From the NCBI GenBank assembly GCA_964016885.1, contig OZ024748.1, positions 42,160,001 to 42,224,000 of the forward strand: a DNA stretch of 64,000 bases, written 5' to 3'. Under the pieces are notes generated by a model, which was not told the DNA's origin, ran no database searches, and saw nothing but the letters and a program-made list of their open reading frames with translations. Every line of letters starts with the position of its first letter. Within the stretch, counting starts at the first letter, position 1. A program made the position numbers and the translations under genes. Below, piece after piece: positions 11,783 to 26,337 of this stretch. The DNA comes from Eledone cirrhosa (taxonomy: Eukaryota).

Positions 11783-12280
11783 ATAAAAATATCTTCTGTA
11801 TTTTCAAACTGAACTTATTTTCACAGCTCTGAATTCCTGAAGATTAATTTTGTTAATTTATGTTGTTATTAAATGGGAAGTTATGTCAGTATTACTTTCA
11901 ATGTATGTATATTTTGTTGTGTGTATTTAGAAGTATGATGTATAATAATATATTATATTGTCTCCTTTATTTGAATTAGTGAAACTGTACGCAGTGGCTT
12001 GAAGTCTTGATATATTACCGTCATTGATATAGAATTGTTTCTGATTAAAATGTGGAGTAGTCTTTAAATTATTGATATATTGATTCTGATTGAAATATTG
12101 AGTCAGATATAATTTGATTTCTATGTTAATTATCAAGTTGAGTTTTTTCTTTTTTCTCTAATGGCAATTTTGACACTATCTCGATGGTTGTGCTGTTGTT
12201 TATCACATACATAATACACATTTCTTCGGCAAATGTTTTCCATATAATTCCATATGATGTCATTTTTATCTGTATTCCAG

Positions 12281-12324
12281 GCAGTGCAGAAGAGGACAGT
12301 CAAGATAGTCCCAGTTCTTGTTAA
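12281..12324 (+). CDS. Candidate alternative last exon 2 (GSAEEDSQDSPSSC*)
   Basis: tgtattccag acceptor, phase-1 compatible. The acidic/Ser composition matches the upstream exon. Confidence 0.55.
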
Positions 12325-13266
12325 AAAAAAAATTAAAAAACTAAACTAAAATTCCAACGTAAGCACCATTCCTAAATGCTTGCTTCCTGTGCACCTAACT
12401 TGGTCCTCAGGATGTCTTAAAGAGATATATTGCACATCTGAAAAGCATGTGTTCCTTTAGTTTGAAAGAGAGAAAGAAGGCAATGCATGTTTTAGAGTCC
12501 AGCAACACTCCACAATGGAGTTCTATTTCTACCAATGGAATAGATAATCCCCTTTTTGTGTGTAATAAATATATTTTATTTCCTTTTATTTGACTTTATT
12601 ATAGTTGTAATCTTTATTTTCTGTCTTAAGTTTTCAATTTCCCTTTGAGAAATTGCTTTCCTGCATGATTTCTACATGAAAACAATGTTTCTTTCTCTCT
12701 TTCTCTCTCCCCCATTCTCTCTCTCTCTATCTTTCTCTCTTTCTCTCTCTATCCCACAGTCACATAGATCTTTACTGATACACATACACACAGGGTCTCG
12801 GTAACCTGTTTGTGAAATGTGGTTAGATATATATAGATATATATTATTATTATATATTATTATTTTTTTTTTTTTTGCTTTTATGAATTGTGAACTATTT
12901 CTCGGTTCAGTCCTTCCTCCAACAACATTATTATTATTTGTGGAATGTGGTGTACTGTGAATCTTTATCTTTCTTTTAGTGTGATCTCAATCTCATATGA
13001 TATGCAGTTTTTTAAAAAAACAACAACAAAACCTTTGTCTGGTGGTCCATCTTTTGCTTCTGTGTATTTTGCTTTGCTCATTGTTCTTCTTCCTCAGTGC
13101 TTCCTTCTTTTTTTTCTTTCTTTATTCTACATCAATTCTATAAACTGTTCAAATATTATTGACTGCTAAATCAAAATATTGATTTGAAAACTTTGAATAA
13201 TATTAAAACAAAACCAGGATTAGTTCAGTGGAAAAAAAGATAAGAAAAAAACGTCTATTACATACA

Positions 13267-13631
13267 TTAACCCTTTTGATGCCAAACTGCCTGAAATCTC
13301 TCCAGGTTCTACAATATCCCAAAAAATTATTTTAAAATGTATGTATATATATATATATAACCCATGCTAGCATGGGAGAATGGATGTAAAACGATGATAA
13401 TAATATATAAAATTTATTTTAAAATTATATATATATATATATATATATAGATATATATATATATCTATATATATATATAATTATATATCTCAAAAACCTT
13501 TCATTATAATTTTGTGTTAAGTTATGTTCCAAACACCAACTTAATAATGGGAAAATTAGTAAAATTTCTTAATCCCTTTAAAATTTTGGTTATTTTCAAA
13601 ACTATTTAGAAATATGGTAAAGAAAGGGTTA
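13267..13631. mobile_element. TTAA-flanked MITE (family B)
   Basis: TTAA|CCCTTTTGATGCC ... AGAAAGGG|TTAA. Internal sequence is shared with 2337-2550 and 19185-19515. Confidence 0.7.
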
Positions 13632-13801
13632 AATTAACATTTTTACAATAACTAATATTAAATTTAGAAGACTGCTTCTCTATTTCTTTTTACAAATATG
13701 TTGGATTATTGTGTAACTGATTTATATAACGTATGATGTAATATAACAATGTCATCTGGAATTTATTGCCTCTAGTTACTATTTCATTATGTATTAGTCC
13801 A

Positions 13802-13990
13802 GGGTGGTGGACTGGCAGTATTAGTAGAAGGTTGATGCCCTGCCTTGCAGCATAGAGTTACAGCACTTTACCGTCTGAGTTCAAATCCCGCCGAGGTTAA
13901 CTTTGCATTTCATCCTTACGGGGTAGATAAAATAAAGTACCAGTAATGCACTGGTTAATTGCTAGCCCTGAGCTAAAAGTAGAAACAATA
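13802..13990 (+). mobile_element. tRNA-derived SINE family A
   Basis: Box B GAGTTCAAATCC and the family body. Confidence 0.85.
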
Positions 13991-14028
13991 ATTTATTGGT
14001 CCACACACAATTTCTTCTTTCTTTCGTT

Positions 14029-17000
14029 ACACATCTATATAACATACCAACACACACATCTATATAACATACCAACACACACATCTATATAACATACCAA
14101 CACACATCTATATAACATACCAATACACACATCTATATAACATACCAACACACACATCTATATAACATACCAACATCCATCTATATAACATACCAACACA
14201 CACATCTATATAACATACCAACACACACATCTATATAACATACCAACATCCATCTATATAACATACCAACACACACACATCTATATAACATACCAACACA
14301 CATATCTATATAACATACCAACACACACATCTATATAACATACCAACATCCATCTATATAACATACCAACACACACATCTATATAACATACCAACACACA
14401 CATCTATATAACATACCAACATCCATCTATATAACATACCAACACACACATCTATATAACATACCAACACACACATCTATATAACATACCAACATCCATC
14501 TATTTAACATACCAACACACACATCTATATAACATACCAACACACACATCTATATAACATACCAACATCCATCTATATAACATACCAACACACACATCTA
14601 TATAACATACCAACACACACATCTATATAACATACCAACATCCATCTATATAACATACCAACACACACACATCTATATAACATATCAACACACATATCTA
14701 TATAACATACCAACATCCATCTATATAACATACCAACACACACATCTATATAACATACCAACACACACATCTATATAACATACCAACATCCATCTATATA
14801 ACATACCAACACACACATCTATATAACATACCAACACACACATCTATATAACATACCAACATCCATCTATATAACATACCAACACACACATCTATATAAC
14901 ATACCAACACACACATCTATATAACATACCAACATCCATCTATATAACATACCAACACACACATCTATATAACATACCAACACACACATCTATATAACAT
15001 ACCAACACACACATCTATATAACATACCTACACACATCTATATAACATACCAACACACATCTATATAACATACCAACATCCATCTATATAACATACCAAC
15101 ACACACATCTATATAACATACCAACACACACATCTATATAACATACCAACATCCATCTATATAACATACCAACACACACATCTATATAACATACCAACAC
15201 ACACATCTATATAACATACCAACATCCATCTATATAACATACCAACACACACATCTATATAACATACCAACACACACATCTATATAACATACCAACATCC
15301 ATCTATATAACATACCAACACACACATCTATATAACATACCAACATCCATCTATATAACATACCAACACACACATCTATATAACATACCAACATCCATGT
15401 ATATAACATACCAACACACACATCTATATAACATACCAACACACACATCTATATAACATACCTACACACATCTATATAACATACCAACTCACACATCTAT
15501 ATAACATACCAACACACATCTATATAACATACCAACACACACATCTATATAACATACCAACACACACATCTATATAACATACCAACATCCATCTATATAA
15601 CATACCAACACACACATCTATATAACATACCAACACACACATCAATATAACATACCAACACACACATCTATATAACATACCTACACACATCTATATAACA
15701 TACCAACACACACATCTATATAACATACCAACACACACATCTATATAACATACCAACACACACATCTATATAACATACCAACACACATCTATATAACATA
15801 CCAACACACACATCTATATAACATACCAACACACACATCTATATAACATACCAACACACACATCTATATAACATACCAACACACATATCTATATAACATA
15901 CCAACACACACATCTATATAACATACTTACACACACATCTATATAACATACCAACACACATCTATATAACATACCAACACACATCTATATAACATACCTA
16001 CACACACATCTATATAACATACCAACACACACATCTATATAACATACCAACACACACATCTATATAACATACCAACACACATCTATATAACATACCAACA
16101 CACACATCTATATAACATACCAACACACATCTATATAACATACTTACACACACATCTATATAACATACCAACACACACATCTATATAACATACCAACACA
16201 CACATCTATATAACATACCAACACACATCTATATAACATACCTACACACATCTATATAACATACCTACACACATCTATATAACATACCAACACGCACATC
16301 TATATAACATACCTACACACACATCTATATAACATACCAACACACATCTATATAACATACCAACACACACATCTATATAACATACCAACACACACATCTA
16401 TATAACATACCAACACACACATCTATATAACATACCAACATACATCTATATAACATACCATCACACACATCTATATAACATACCAACACACACATCTATA
16501 TAACATACCTACACACACATCTATATAACATACCAACACACACATCTATATAACATACCAACACACACATCTATATAACATACCAACACACACATCTATA
16601 TAACATACCAACACACATCTATATAACATACCAACACACATCTATATAACATACCAACACACACATCTATATAACATACCAACACACACATCTATATAAC
16701 ATACCAACACACACATCTATATAACATACCAACACACACATCTATATAACATACCTTCACACATCTATATAACATACCAACACACACATCTATATAACAT
16801 ACCAACACACACATCTATATAACATACCAACACACACATCTATATAACATACCTACACATATCTATATAACATACCAACACACACATCTATATAACATAC
16901 CAACACACACATCTATATAACATACCAACACACACATCTATATAACATACCTACACACAAATCTATATAACATACCTACACACATCTATATAACATACCA

Positions 17001-17513
17001 ACACACACATCTATATAACATACCAACACACACATCTATATAACATACCAACACACACATCTATATAACATACCTACACACACATCTATATAACATACCT
17101 ACACACATCTATATAACATACCAACACACACATCTATATAACATACCAACACACACATCTATATAACATACCAACACACACATCTATATAACATACCAAC
17201 ACACACATCTATATAACATACCAACATACATCTATATAACATGCCAACACACATCTATATAACATACCAACACACACATCTATATAACATACCAACACAC
17301 ACATCTATATAACATACCTACACACACATCTATATAACATACCAACATACATTTATATAACATGCCAACACACATCTATATAACATACCAACACACACAT
17401 CTATATAACATACCAACACACACATCTATATAACATACCAACACACACATCTATATAACATACCAACACACACATCTATATAACATACCAACACACACAT
17501 CTATATAACATAC
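14029..17513. repeat. 25-bp minisatellite (23/25/27 variants), ~140 copies
   Basis: Unit caacacacacatctatataacatac. Confidence 0.98.
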
Positions 17514-17634
17514 AGTAGTTTTATTTCTGCATAACTTTATCAACTTTGTGATATCATCACTTTGTAAATGATAAGCAACTGAGTTTCATTTTCAAATTTA
17601 TCTCCATATAAATGTGTGTACAATTATATATATA

Positions 17635-18116
17635 TCTTAACTATAATAAAGGAAGGTCTGCGGGACTGCGTCCAGAATATATTTATTTATCCCGTTTGTG
17701 AAATAAGTTGGATTACTTTAAATAAATAATGAATGAATATTACATTGCTAAATTTCGTAGCTGTTGATTTAATATATCTTATATAAAGATCTTTAAAATT
17801 CAATTCTTTAAAATTACATAATGTCAACATGTCCGGTTAGCGGCCGTTATATTATAACACTTATAATCGCATATATTTTCGTCGCTAATTTTCTCCTAAT
17901 ACAGTTTATTTATAATGTCGTCTTTGTTTTAATATATCATGGATTACTGATTACAGAAGACAGTGTGACATAGGCTTTGTTCAATTTCAGTGTATATTGT
18001 CAATTACGATTTTATTTGATGTATTATATTTACATGCATATATATTTGTGTATAATATCAATATACACACTACACATGCTAGCAGAAAACCACTCGTAGG
18101 GTGGTTTTTCTGCTAG
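17635..18116 (+). mobile_element. Non-autonomous Helitron
   Basis: 5' A|TCTTAACTATAATAAAG and 3' hairpin + CTAG|T, with no TSD. Confidence 0.75.
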
Positions 18117-18141
18117 TACATATAAAGATTATAGTCTGTAC

Positions 18142-18176
<35 letters not shown>

Positions 18177-19297
18177 TTATATTAGTAATCAGTTTCCGTC
18201 ATTAGAATTTGTGTAACTTGAAATGGAAGACTGTGATCATACGGTGGTTTTTAACTGAACATATTACGTATAGTATTTCTGTGATCAACCATTAGTACCA
18301 TGAAGGTAATTCCTGGAGTATTTATATAGAAATTTATAAATTACAGGAATCCAACAATTCACAATTGAAGGATTAATATTTATGTAAGGGGGAGAACTCG
18401 AATTCAAATATTTAGGTAATAAATTATATATACATATATATATTTTTTTGAATATGAGTTCTCTCTCTCTATATATATATTTTTGAATATAAGTTCTCTC
18501 TCTCTCTCTATATATATATATATTGTATATATTCATACACACACACACACACACCACTTATATAAATGTGTATGTGTCAAAATCTACCTCTGTGATCAGG
18601 TCATCACTGACAACCCTGACCTGGTCACTGTACTTTCTGTGACCTGGTCAATGAAGCCTCTGTGACCTGGTCATTGACACAATTCACACACTATATTTAT
18701 TCTGTATCATCACAAGATAAATGAGAAGTGAATAAAATTTTTTTTTAAATAGTTCTATAATTTTTGCTGAAATTAAATTACTATATTCAGATTTCAAAAA
18801 TCAATAAAATTTTATTAATAATCAAAGTCTAATAATCAATGCTTCTGCCACGATTATATCATAGATTTTCTTTTCATCCTTTTAATCATATTGCAATAAA
18901 ATATACTCTTTAATCATATTGTCATTAAATATACTAATTATAGTGCTAATTTGTAATTAGTTCTTCCTAAATTGGCACAAATAGATTCCCTGCTTTTAAA
19001 AGTTCTTCAGCTTTGTTGCTTTAAAATAACAATCTGCCTTAGAATTTTGAAGAAATCAGATTTTCATACTTTACCTTACAATCAAGACTATAATATATAA
19101 AACAATTTCATTATCTTGTGAATTCTTTTTGACAAACGTTGCAGAACCAGCATGTCATGTTGTTGTTATAGGTCTGGATTTATTCAACCCTTTCAAATCA
19201 CCTGAAACCACACCCTACTTCTATGATAAAAAATTATTTATTTAAAAATGTTTATAATCATCTAAAAACCTTTCTATGTAATTTGATGTAAACACGT

Positions 19298-19487
19298 TTA
19301 ACCCTTTAGCATTTAAACCAGCCATTTCCAGTCAGAATTCTATCACCTTTTTCTGTTCAAACCGGCTGTAACTAGCTGCTCATACTGATGTTAAGGTATT
19401 GTTCTCAAAATAGAGAGAGATTATGTGAGATAAAGCCTTTACCACGAAAATACAAAAGTAAATATAATGTAAATGCTAAAGGGTTAA
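19298..19487. mobile_element. piggyBac-like MITE family A, nested at a TTAA inside a family B MITE
   Basis: TTAA|CCCTTTAGCATTTA...TAAATGCTAAAGGG|TTAA. The right flank continues gttatgttccaaacacca, as in the uninterrupted family B copy at ~13517. Confidence 0.85.
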
Positions 19488-19774
19488 GTTATGTTCCAAA
19501 CACCAGCTTAATACTAGTATCAACTTTAAAGAAAACTTCATAGTGTGTGTGTGTTGGATGATAATGGCTGTCTATTTACTAGAATGTCGGACAATGTTTT
19601 ATGGTATTTATTATGGCTCTTTATGTTCTGAGTTCAATGTGATGATATAAAGCTATAAATTGTAACCATCACAGCGTGTAAACTAATGTGGTTTTATGTG
19701 GTACAGGATGTTAAACAATCGAAAGGTTCATGTCTTGATTTTCTATAATTTTCTTTTTAATTTCATCTTTCTAG

Positions 19775-20073
19775 GTGTTGATTTCAAATCAATAACTCTG
19801 GAAGATGATGATGATGATGAGGAAGATGATGATGAGGATGAAGAAGAAGATGAATACAGTAAAAGAATGTTATACGACAACAATTTAACGGACCAATCAG
19901 ATCTAGAACATTTGGGTTATCCTTTACTGAATATGGGAAATGAAGAATGTATATCAATGCCAGGAACTCCAGCTAGCAGCACCGAGGATTCTAGTATTGG
20001 TAGCCAATGCAGCTCTCATATGTTGTTACCGATTCCATCAGTTGATGATAAAGTAAAAATCGAAACTGTTTGA
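19775..20073 (+). CDS. Last coding exon of unidentified gene (poly-D/E tract, ends ..KVKIETV*)
   Basis: Long pyrimidine tract + ctag acceptor, phase 1 matching the 7997 donor, open to TGA. AATAAA follows near 20872 and 20947. Confidence 0.85.
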
Positions 20074-20565
20074 AACCAATTGGAAGAAACATTTCTTTCT
20101 CTACTTTCTTCTTTAATCAAATTAGCATTTTTCAATCTTGCCTGAAATTGATCACTATTGGTTGATCTTTGAATCTTCAATATTCTTTCAATGGATACAG
20201 TGAGTTCTTTAAAACAAGAAATAACTTCCTGATACTTATACCGTATTTTTACCAAAACCTGAATGCTCAGTTATTAGCACTGAATTATATTTTAAGAAAG
20301 AAAAAAAAATATTATTTACCTGAATATCAAATGTCTTGTATTTATGTGAGAAAAACAGGGAAAGCTGTTAAGGTAGATTCCTTTGTGATAAATGGTGGGT
20401 ATGCTACGACTTGTCCCCTCACCACAAATCCCCTGAGCCCCCCTAAAAAATTTATTTCAGCTGTTGGTGTTTTCTATTAACATTAATATTTTATTTTAGT
20501 GTTGAAAATTTCTACAAGAAAAAAAAAAATCTATCGATAACCCTTTTGTTTTTTTTAACTTGCTT

Positions 20566-20735
20566 AATCTTGAGGTGTGATGTCGTTATATTCACTGTGG
20601 AGCTGTCACTCAGATATAGGATCAATCTTGAGGTGTGATGTTATATTCACTGCAGAGCTGTCACTCAGATATAGGATCAATCTTGAGGTGTGATGTTATA
20701 TTCACTGCAGAGCTGTCACTCAGATATAGGATCAA
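20566..20735. repeat. 55-bp tandem repeat, 3 copies (in probable 3' UTR)
   Basis: Unit aatcttgaggtgtgatgttatattcactgcagagctgtcactcagatataggatc. Confidence 0.93.
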
Positions 20736-21372
20736 TTGATCAATTATATTAAACTTAAAAGCAAGAAAGAATCAAGTGTAAACTTTAAAACAAAACCGAA
20801 CCAAAAATAGCACCACAGCACTGTCCTTGAAAAATGTTCACTTTCATATTAATATGAAGAATTATTTAGGAAATAAAACTAAACTGTCAAAATTGTTTTA
20901 AATTTGTTCTGTCATCTTGGAATTTTGTAAATTTTATTTCTCTACCAATAAATCTTTATAGAACTGAATCTTCAGCTTTATGGTTGCTTTCCTTCACTAG
21001 CACCACCTCAAGCTAAACAACAAACTGCTTTTGTAACTGTATTTCTTTGTGTTGTTTTCTAAACCAAACTGTTATATGATGCAGGATATTTCTGTATAAT
21101 TTCTGTTCCTAACAGAACATTGCATGGCAATATAAAGAAATAAATGTTAATCATTTTTCATTTTACTTCTCTTAAATTTTATTATTTTTCCATTGTGTTA
21201 ACTCTTTGAGTGCCAGTGCCATTTGGGGGCTTTTCTACAGCCACAGGCAGATCTATTGATATTGTGATCAAATTTAGTTTGTCTAGGGGTATCTGCTTGA
21301 TAAACTAAACTGCACCACTGTTTCTTTTGCACTTAACCCTTTAGCATTTACATTACTCTATATATTATACTA

Positions 21373-24300
21373 CTAGCAGAAGTACCCGGCGTTGCCCGGG
21401 TGTAAGTCGACCTTTGCTCTGTTGTTAAAATGTGTGAAAGTTACTTCCCGCGCATCACAAGTGCAACGTTGTTGGTGGTGTTGATATTGTCTACACCAAA
21501 GGAGGTCATCATGAAACAGGAGTTGTATTTCCACATATTACGGCGGAACGTTGTAGCCGAAGTGTCGTCACCTGTAATTAGATTCAGAAGAACGTCTGGC
21601 GGGTCAGCCAATGCCTCTAGTTGCACAGCACATAGAAGGCGCCTCGCCTGGCCACTTCATTGCCTTGCAGGATGTACAGACATTATTCATTTTGCCAATG
21701 GAAATTGTAGACAGAAGTCCGTAATCCTCAGAGGGGTTATATCTGAAGGCTGCTTTTACCCAGCCTGAGCTCTTAGCAGCAGTAGCTAATGTATGCCAGG
21801 AATGCTTAGCAGCAAGCCTGTTGTCTCTGCAAGTCTCGTCTGACGGGATGTTGGTGACGAAGGTGAACGCCAGCAAGCCGCGTCGTACGGGACGTTGGTG
21901 ACGAAGGCGAACACCAACAAGCTGCGTCATAGGGATGTTGGTGACTCCTCCGCAAGTGCTTGTTGGCGACGAAGGCGAACATCAGCAAGCCTTGTCGTAC
22001 GGGATGTTGGTGACTCAACCAGCCGGGAAAGCGTCTATCAGCGAGTCGAGATTCGCGCTCAGCAGGTGTTTCCTAGAGAAAGTTAATTAATGCTACTGGT
22101 TAGCTAAGCCAAAGGCACTGTGCCAATAGTAAATGAGAAAAGTGTAATATGAACAAAAGAGAATCAAGGTAAGACAATAAATTTAATATAACTACGATTA
22201 GAATGTTGTAGTTGCTTAAAAGTGGTCAGTTAGGATAAACGCAGTGCTTGTTAACATGAAGGGAGAATATTGCATAAAGGATTAACCAATTGTGAATGAA
22301 CACATTCCTGAGAACGCCTAATTCGTTGTCTCAAAGCAGTAGCTGTATCTTTTTTGGAGGTAAGTCTTGAACAGTTCCGTGTGGGCATAACGACGTGTAA
22401 CGAAGCTGTTAGGTTAGAGAAGCGTGATTAAGTACAGAGAGAGGTGACACCAGATTCGCTAGCATGGTTACTGGTGAATGGGAAGGTTTGGAAATATGAT
22501 TATAACTTACCGAATTTTCCGGCCTATAATGTGCACTTAAAATACCTAAATTTCATCAAAAAACAGCTCTGCGCTTTATACTCCGGTGAGCCTTATGTAT
22601 AAATAATACAATGGTAATCAATTACGGGTCTAACAGAAGTAATAGATCTAGACTAAAAGTAAAGATATCATTTTCCTGGTTGGCCTTACACGGACCTGAT
22701 TTTAAATGATACACCTTATAGAGCGGAAAATATGGTATCTATTGGAAAAGAATATGAATTCATGACCAAGGTGTGACAAAATTGGTGTCTATACAGTGCC
22801 TGAAACAAACTTGTCCAAAACCCTGGGATCTTTCTCATTAAGTATCCACCCAAAAGGAACCGTTTCTTAGTTTCAAAAAATAACCAAAGTGAATAGTAGC
22901 TATATTTCTAACATATGCCAAAAAGAACAATATATTCAAAAAATGTTCTCAAGTACATTCAATCTCTCTTTTTGACCAATGTCTTAATAAGCAAATTATC
23001 GATTTTTTTTTTATTAGCTGTCAGTGTTTATCTGCATGCAGGTGTGTACGTGTGTGCAATCAATTGCACTGCATGCAGATGGTCTATGACAACTAATAAC
23101 ATTTAGTCGTAAACAGAACAAAAGTTGCCATTAGAGGTGGGCTAATAATGGAAAAGACACAAACCCTGGTGAACTTACGTTTAAAAACCCGAAAACTTAC
23201 TCACTTCCTGTGCAAAAGGCTGTGACAGTAGTGTTATGAATTAAGTAATTTTTTTAGAACCTTTTGTTTAAAAAAGGAAAAAATTGGTACGGACGTAACA
23301 TTTTTTACAACTTTGTATGTGTCCAATACAACTTGGTCAAAGTATTATTTAGTAAATTTTTTTCAAAAAGCATGATTATTTAAGACTGTTTGAAAATTTA
23401 CTCACCGCTTTTAGCTTTTGGCATCACAAAAGACACCATTAAATTTGGTTTCCTTTCAGATAGGGATAATACTGTATTAGCACTTGAATAAGGGGGAATA
23501 TGAAAAGTTTAACGCTAAGATGTCGACAATCCCCTAGTCCCAATGGGGATTTTTAAATTTAAGGAAAGCAAAAAATGAATTAAATTTAACTGAAATGGCA
23601 TGCAAGTAGTCTAAATAAATAAGCACTAACTCACCGATAAGAAAGTGGGCAAATTCTGTAAAGGTCTGTTTAGTGAGACGGCCGGATTTATTGTTGTTCA
23701 CAAAAGCGGATACACACAAAGAGAAAAAGGCGGTTCACACGTGCGTGCATACCTGTTTGTGTATCTATCGTTGAGAAAACATACTGCTCGTGGTATAGAC
23801 AGGCCGTCCAATCAATAACGCGCGTGAGTCACAGTGAGTGTGTGCTTATATGGGCATATGAAATTGGTTTTGATTGCACCAGGTGTAAACTAAAAGTGCT
23901 TGTGTTCGAATACATACACATTAAATTTCATTGAAATCGAAAGATTTTTGAAAAAAATATGAAAAACATTGTCATATATTTTTGTTGACTGTACAATTAT
24001 TTAAGAATTAAGAATTCTACTCAAAGAACCCTGAATATCTGTTTGTAAAGCCTTCCATTTTCCCATAAAGAAAGGCGTAGATTTGCATATTTCCACAATA
24101 TTGCGCCATTGATAATTAAACTATGAATAATTGTCTGCCCTAACTCTTAAAGGTCTCATTTAACGCATGATTTATGAGTTTAAAAAAAACTTTCTGTATT
24201 TTTGCAGCCTTGGAGTAACTCCTAATGGATCTATTATTGTGGTAATATCAAATTTCATTGAAATTATGAATTCTGAAAATATCGATTTTTGCCTCTGGGG

Positions 24301-24496
24301 GTCCGATTCAAAATACACACTTGTGTTGAGTTTCATCGAAATTGGACGATTTTTGAAAATTTCAAGTAGCCTATTCCAATCTACGGGTCGAGTTTTATAT
24401 GTGTCAAGTTTCATGAAAATCGGATGAACGGTGTAGCCTGCAAGTTCGGGACACCAAACAAACAAACAACACCCAATTTCACTTTATATATATAGA
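21373..24496 (-). mobile_element. Non-autonomous Helitron with an N-terminal RepHel remnant
   Basis: Minus strand starts A|TCTATATATATAAAG and ends CCCGGGCAACGCCGGG hairpin + CTAG|T. Its ORFs encode IGKMNNVCTSCKAMKWPGE..MCC and FRRNMWKYNSCFMMTSFG, typical of the RepHel N-terminus. It splits a family A MITE (21333-21372 and 24497-~24650). Confidence 0.92.
22510..22735. mobile_element. TA-flanked MITE inside the Helitron
   Basis: TA|CCGAATTTTCCGGCCTATAA ... TTATAGAGCGGAAAATATGG|TA. Confidence 0.75.
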
Positions 24497-26337
24497 TTTC
24501 AAGGTAAAGGCTTTATCTTAAATAATATCAAATCTACGAGATTTTGATATTTATTTTGAGAACAATACCTTAACATAAGGATGAGCAACCAGTTATGGCC
24601 AGTTTGAACAGAAAGAGGTGAGAGAATTCTAGTTGGATATAGCTGGTTTATGGTGTAAAAGAGGTATCATTGGCACTCAAAGAGTTAACATCTATTTCTT
24701 CCATTAATCTATTATATTTTCATCGTAAAGGCTTTCTCAGTTATGGAATCTACAAAATTTTGAGAACAATACCTTAATGTCAGTATGAGTGGCCAGTTTG
24801 AACAGAAAGAGGCGAGAGAATTCTGGCCAGATACAGCCGGTTTGTGAGAGGGAAGGGCAATGTCTGTAACCGTTATTGAAGTTTTCAATACAGGAAGGGC
24901 AGAAGGAAAGTACTCAGAAGCTGATGCCATGACACATACCTGCAAGAGAGGGGACTTCACGGAAGTCCCCTAAGAGCCAGATGGTTGTGTTAAACTGGAC
25001 AACTAATTAGGGCTCTCATGGAAGTTGGTTAGGGCAAAATTTGAACTTGGAACACAAAGGACAATAGCTCTGATTTAAATACTATCCAACCCATGCCAAC
25101 ATGGAAAACTAGATATTAAGTGATGAAGGTTTAATGTTATGTAGAGAAAATAGAAGAAAATAACAAATTGAAACATTTATTTAAAAAAAAATATTTAAAG
25201 AATTAGTTTATTGAATTAAATAAAATACAAATATTTATATTTGCATGGTAAAAATGTATCTTGTTCTTCCTTAGTCCACAAAAACTGCAAATATCTATAA
25301 TACTTGTTTTTTCTGATCCAATAAGCAGTGGCAACAGAAATGCAAGAGTTAAAATTGTACTGTAGGAGTAGCACACACTCCAACACAGATAACACCAATG
25401 CATCGTTGCACAATCAATACACCGCTGAAAATGTGTTATTTTCCTATAGAAACCTAAAGAATGCCACACTTAAAATTTAGTTACGTTGAACCAATTAATT
25501 TCACTACAAATTTTGGTTTTAATCTTTTAAACCACTGCTTTACTAAAATGGAAAAGAAGGAAAATAAAATTGAAGTTTTTACACTATACTTCTGCAAGGT
25601 AAATATTTATAAAAAAAAACAAAGGTGTGTGTGTGTTAATATTAGCTGCAGTGAAATATCTCAAAAACATTTTGACAATTTGCATTTGTTTCATAAATTT
25701 ACTTTCAATTTCAAGGCGCAATAGTGAATGTTTGTCTTTTGGTCCAAATGCTGTTGGAATAATAATAATAATAGCAGCATTGAACTTACTGCTTCCACCA
25801 GAACAGTTAAATAAAATTAGAAATATATGAATCTATGCCAATATTTAAATAATAATAAAAATGGTTTCTGATTTTAACACAAGGCCATTCATTTTCTTTG
25901 GGGGTCGGTGAAGGAAAGTTGATTATATCAACCCCAGTAGTTAGCTGGTACTTAATTTTATTAACTGATAGAATGAAAGGCAAAGTTGACCTGGTCGAGA
26001 TTTGACCTCAATGTAGAATTAAAAGAAATACATAGCATTAGTTCCACATTTTTATCAAGTCCGACAATCCACCATATTTTTATATAATAATTGTTTCATA
26101 TTTTTATATAATAATAATAATCAACATCATTATTATTATTATAAAAAGAAAACTTAATTAAAAAAGAAGTGATTTACTAGGAAGCCATGTTAAGAAACCT
26201 CTTTCATTATTAAAAGCCTTAAACCACAACACCATTAAGCCAAATATCTACATTTTTAAAATGGAAGAAAATAAAAACAAACAAAGGAACCAAAACTAAA
26301 TAGTAAATAATAATAGAATGTTTTTTTTTAACTTTTA

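Larger units (their letters stand above)
21198..24688. mobile_element. TTAA-flanked MITE (family C), outer layer of a nested insertion
   Basis: TTAA|CTCTTTGAGTGCCA ... TGGCACTCAAAGAG|TTAA, a perfect 14-bp TIR. Confidence 0.8.

Noticed and set aside
5853-20073. Assigning a gene symbol to the + strand gene
   Set aside because: Only low-complexity C-terminal sequence is visible and no family motif was recognised.
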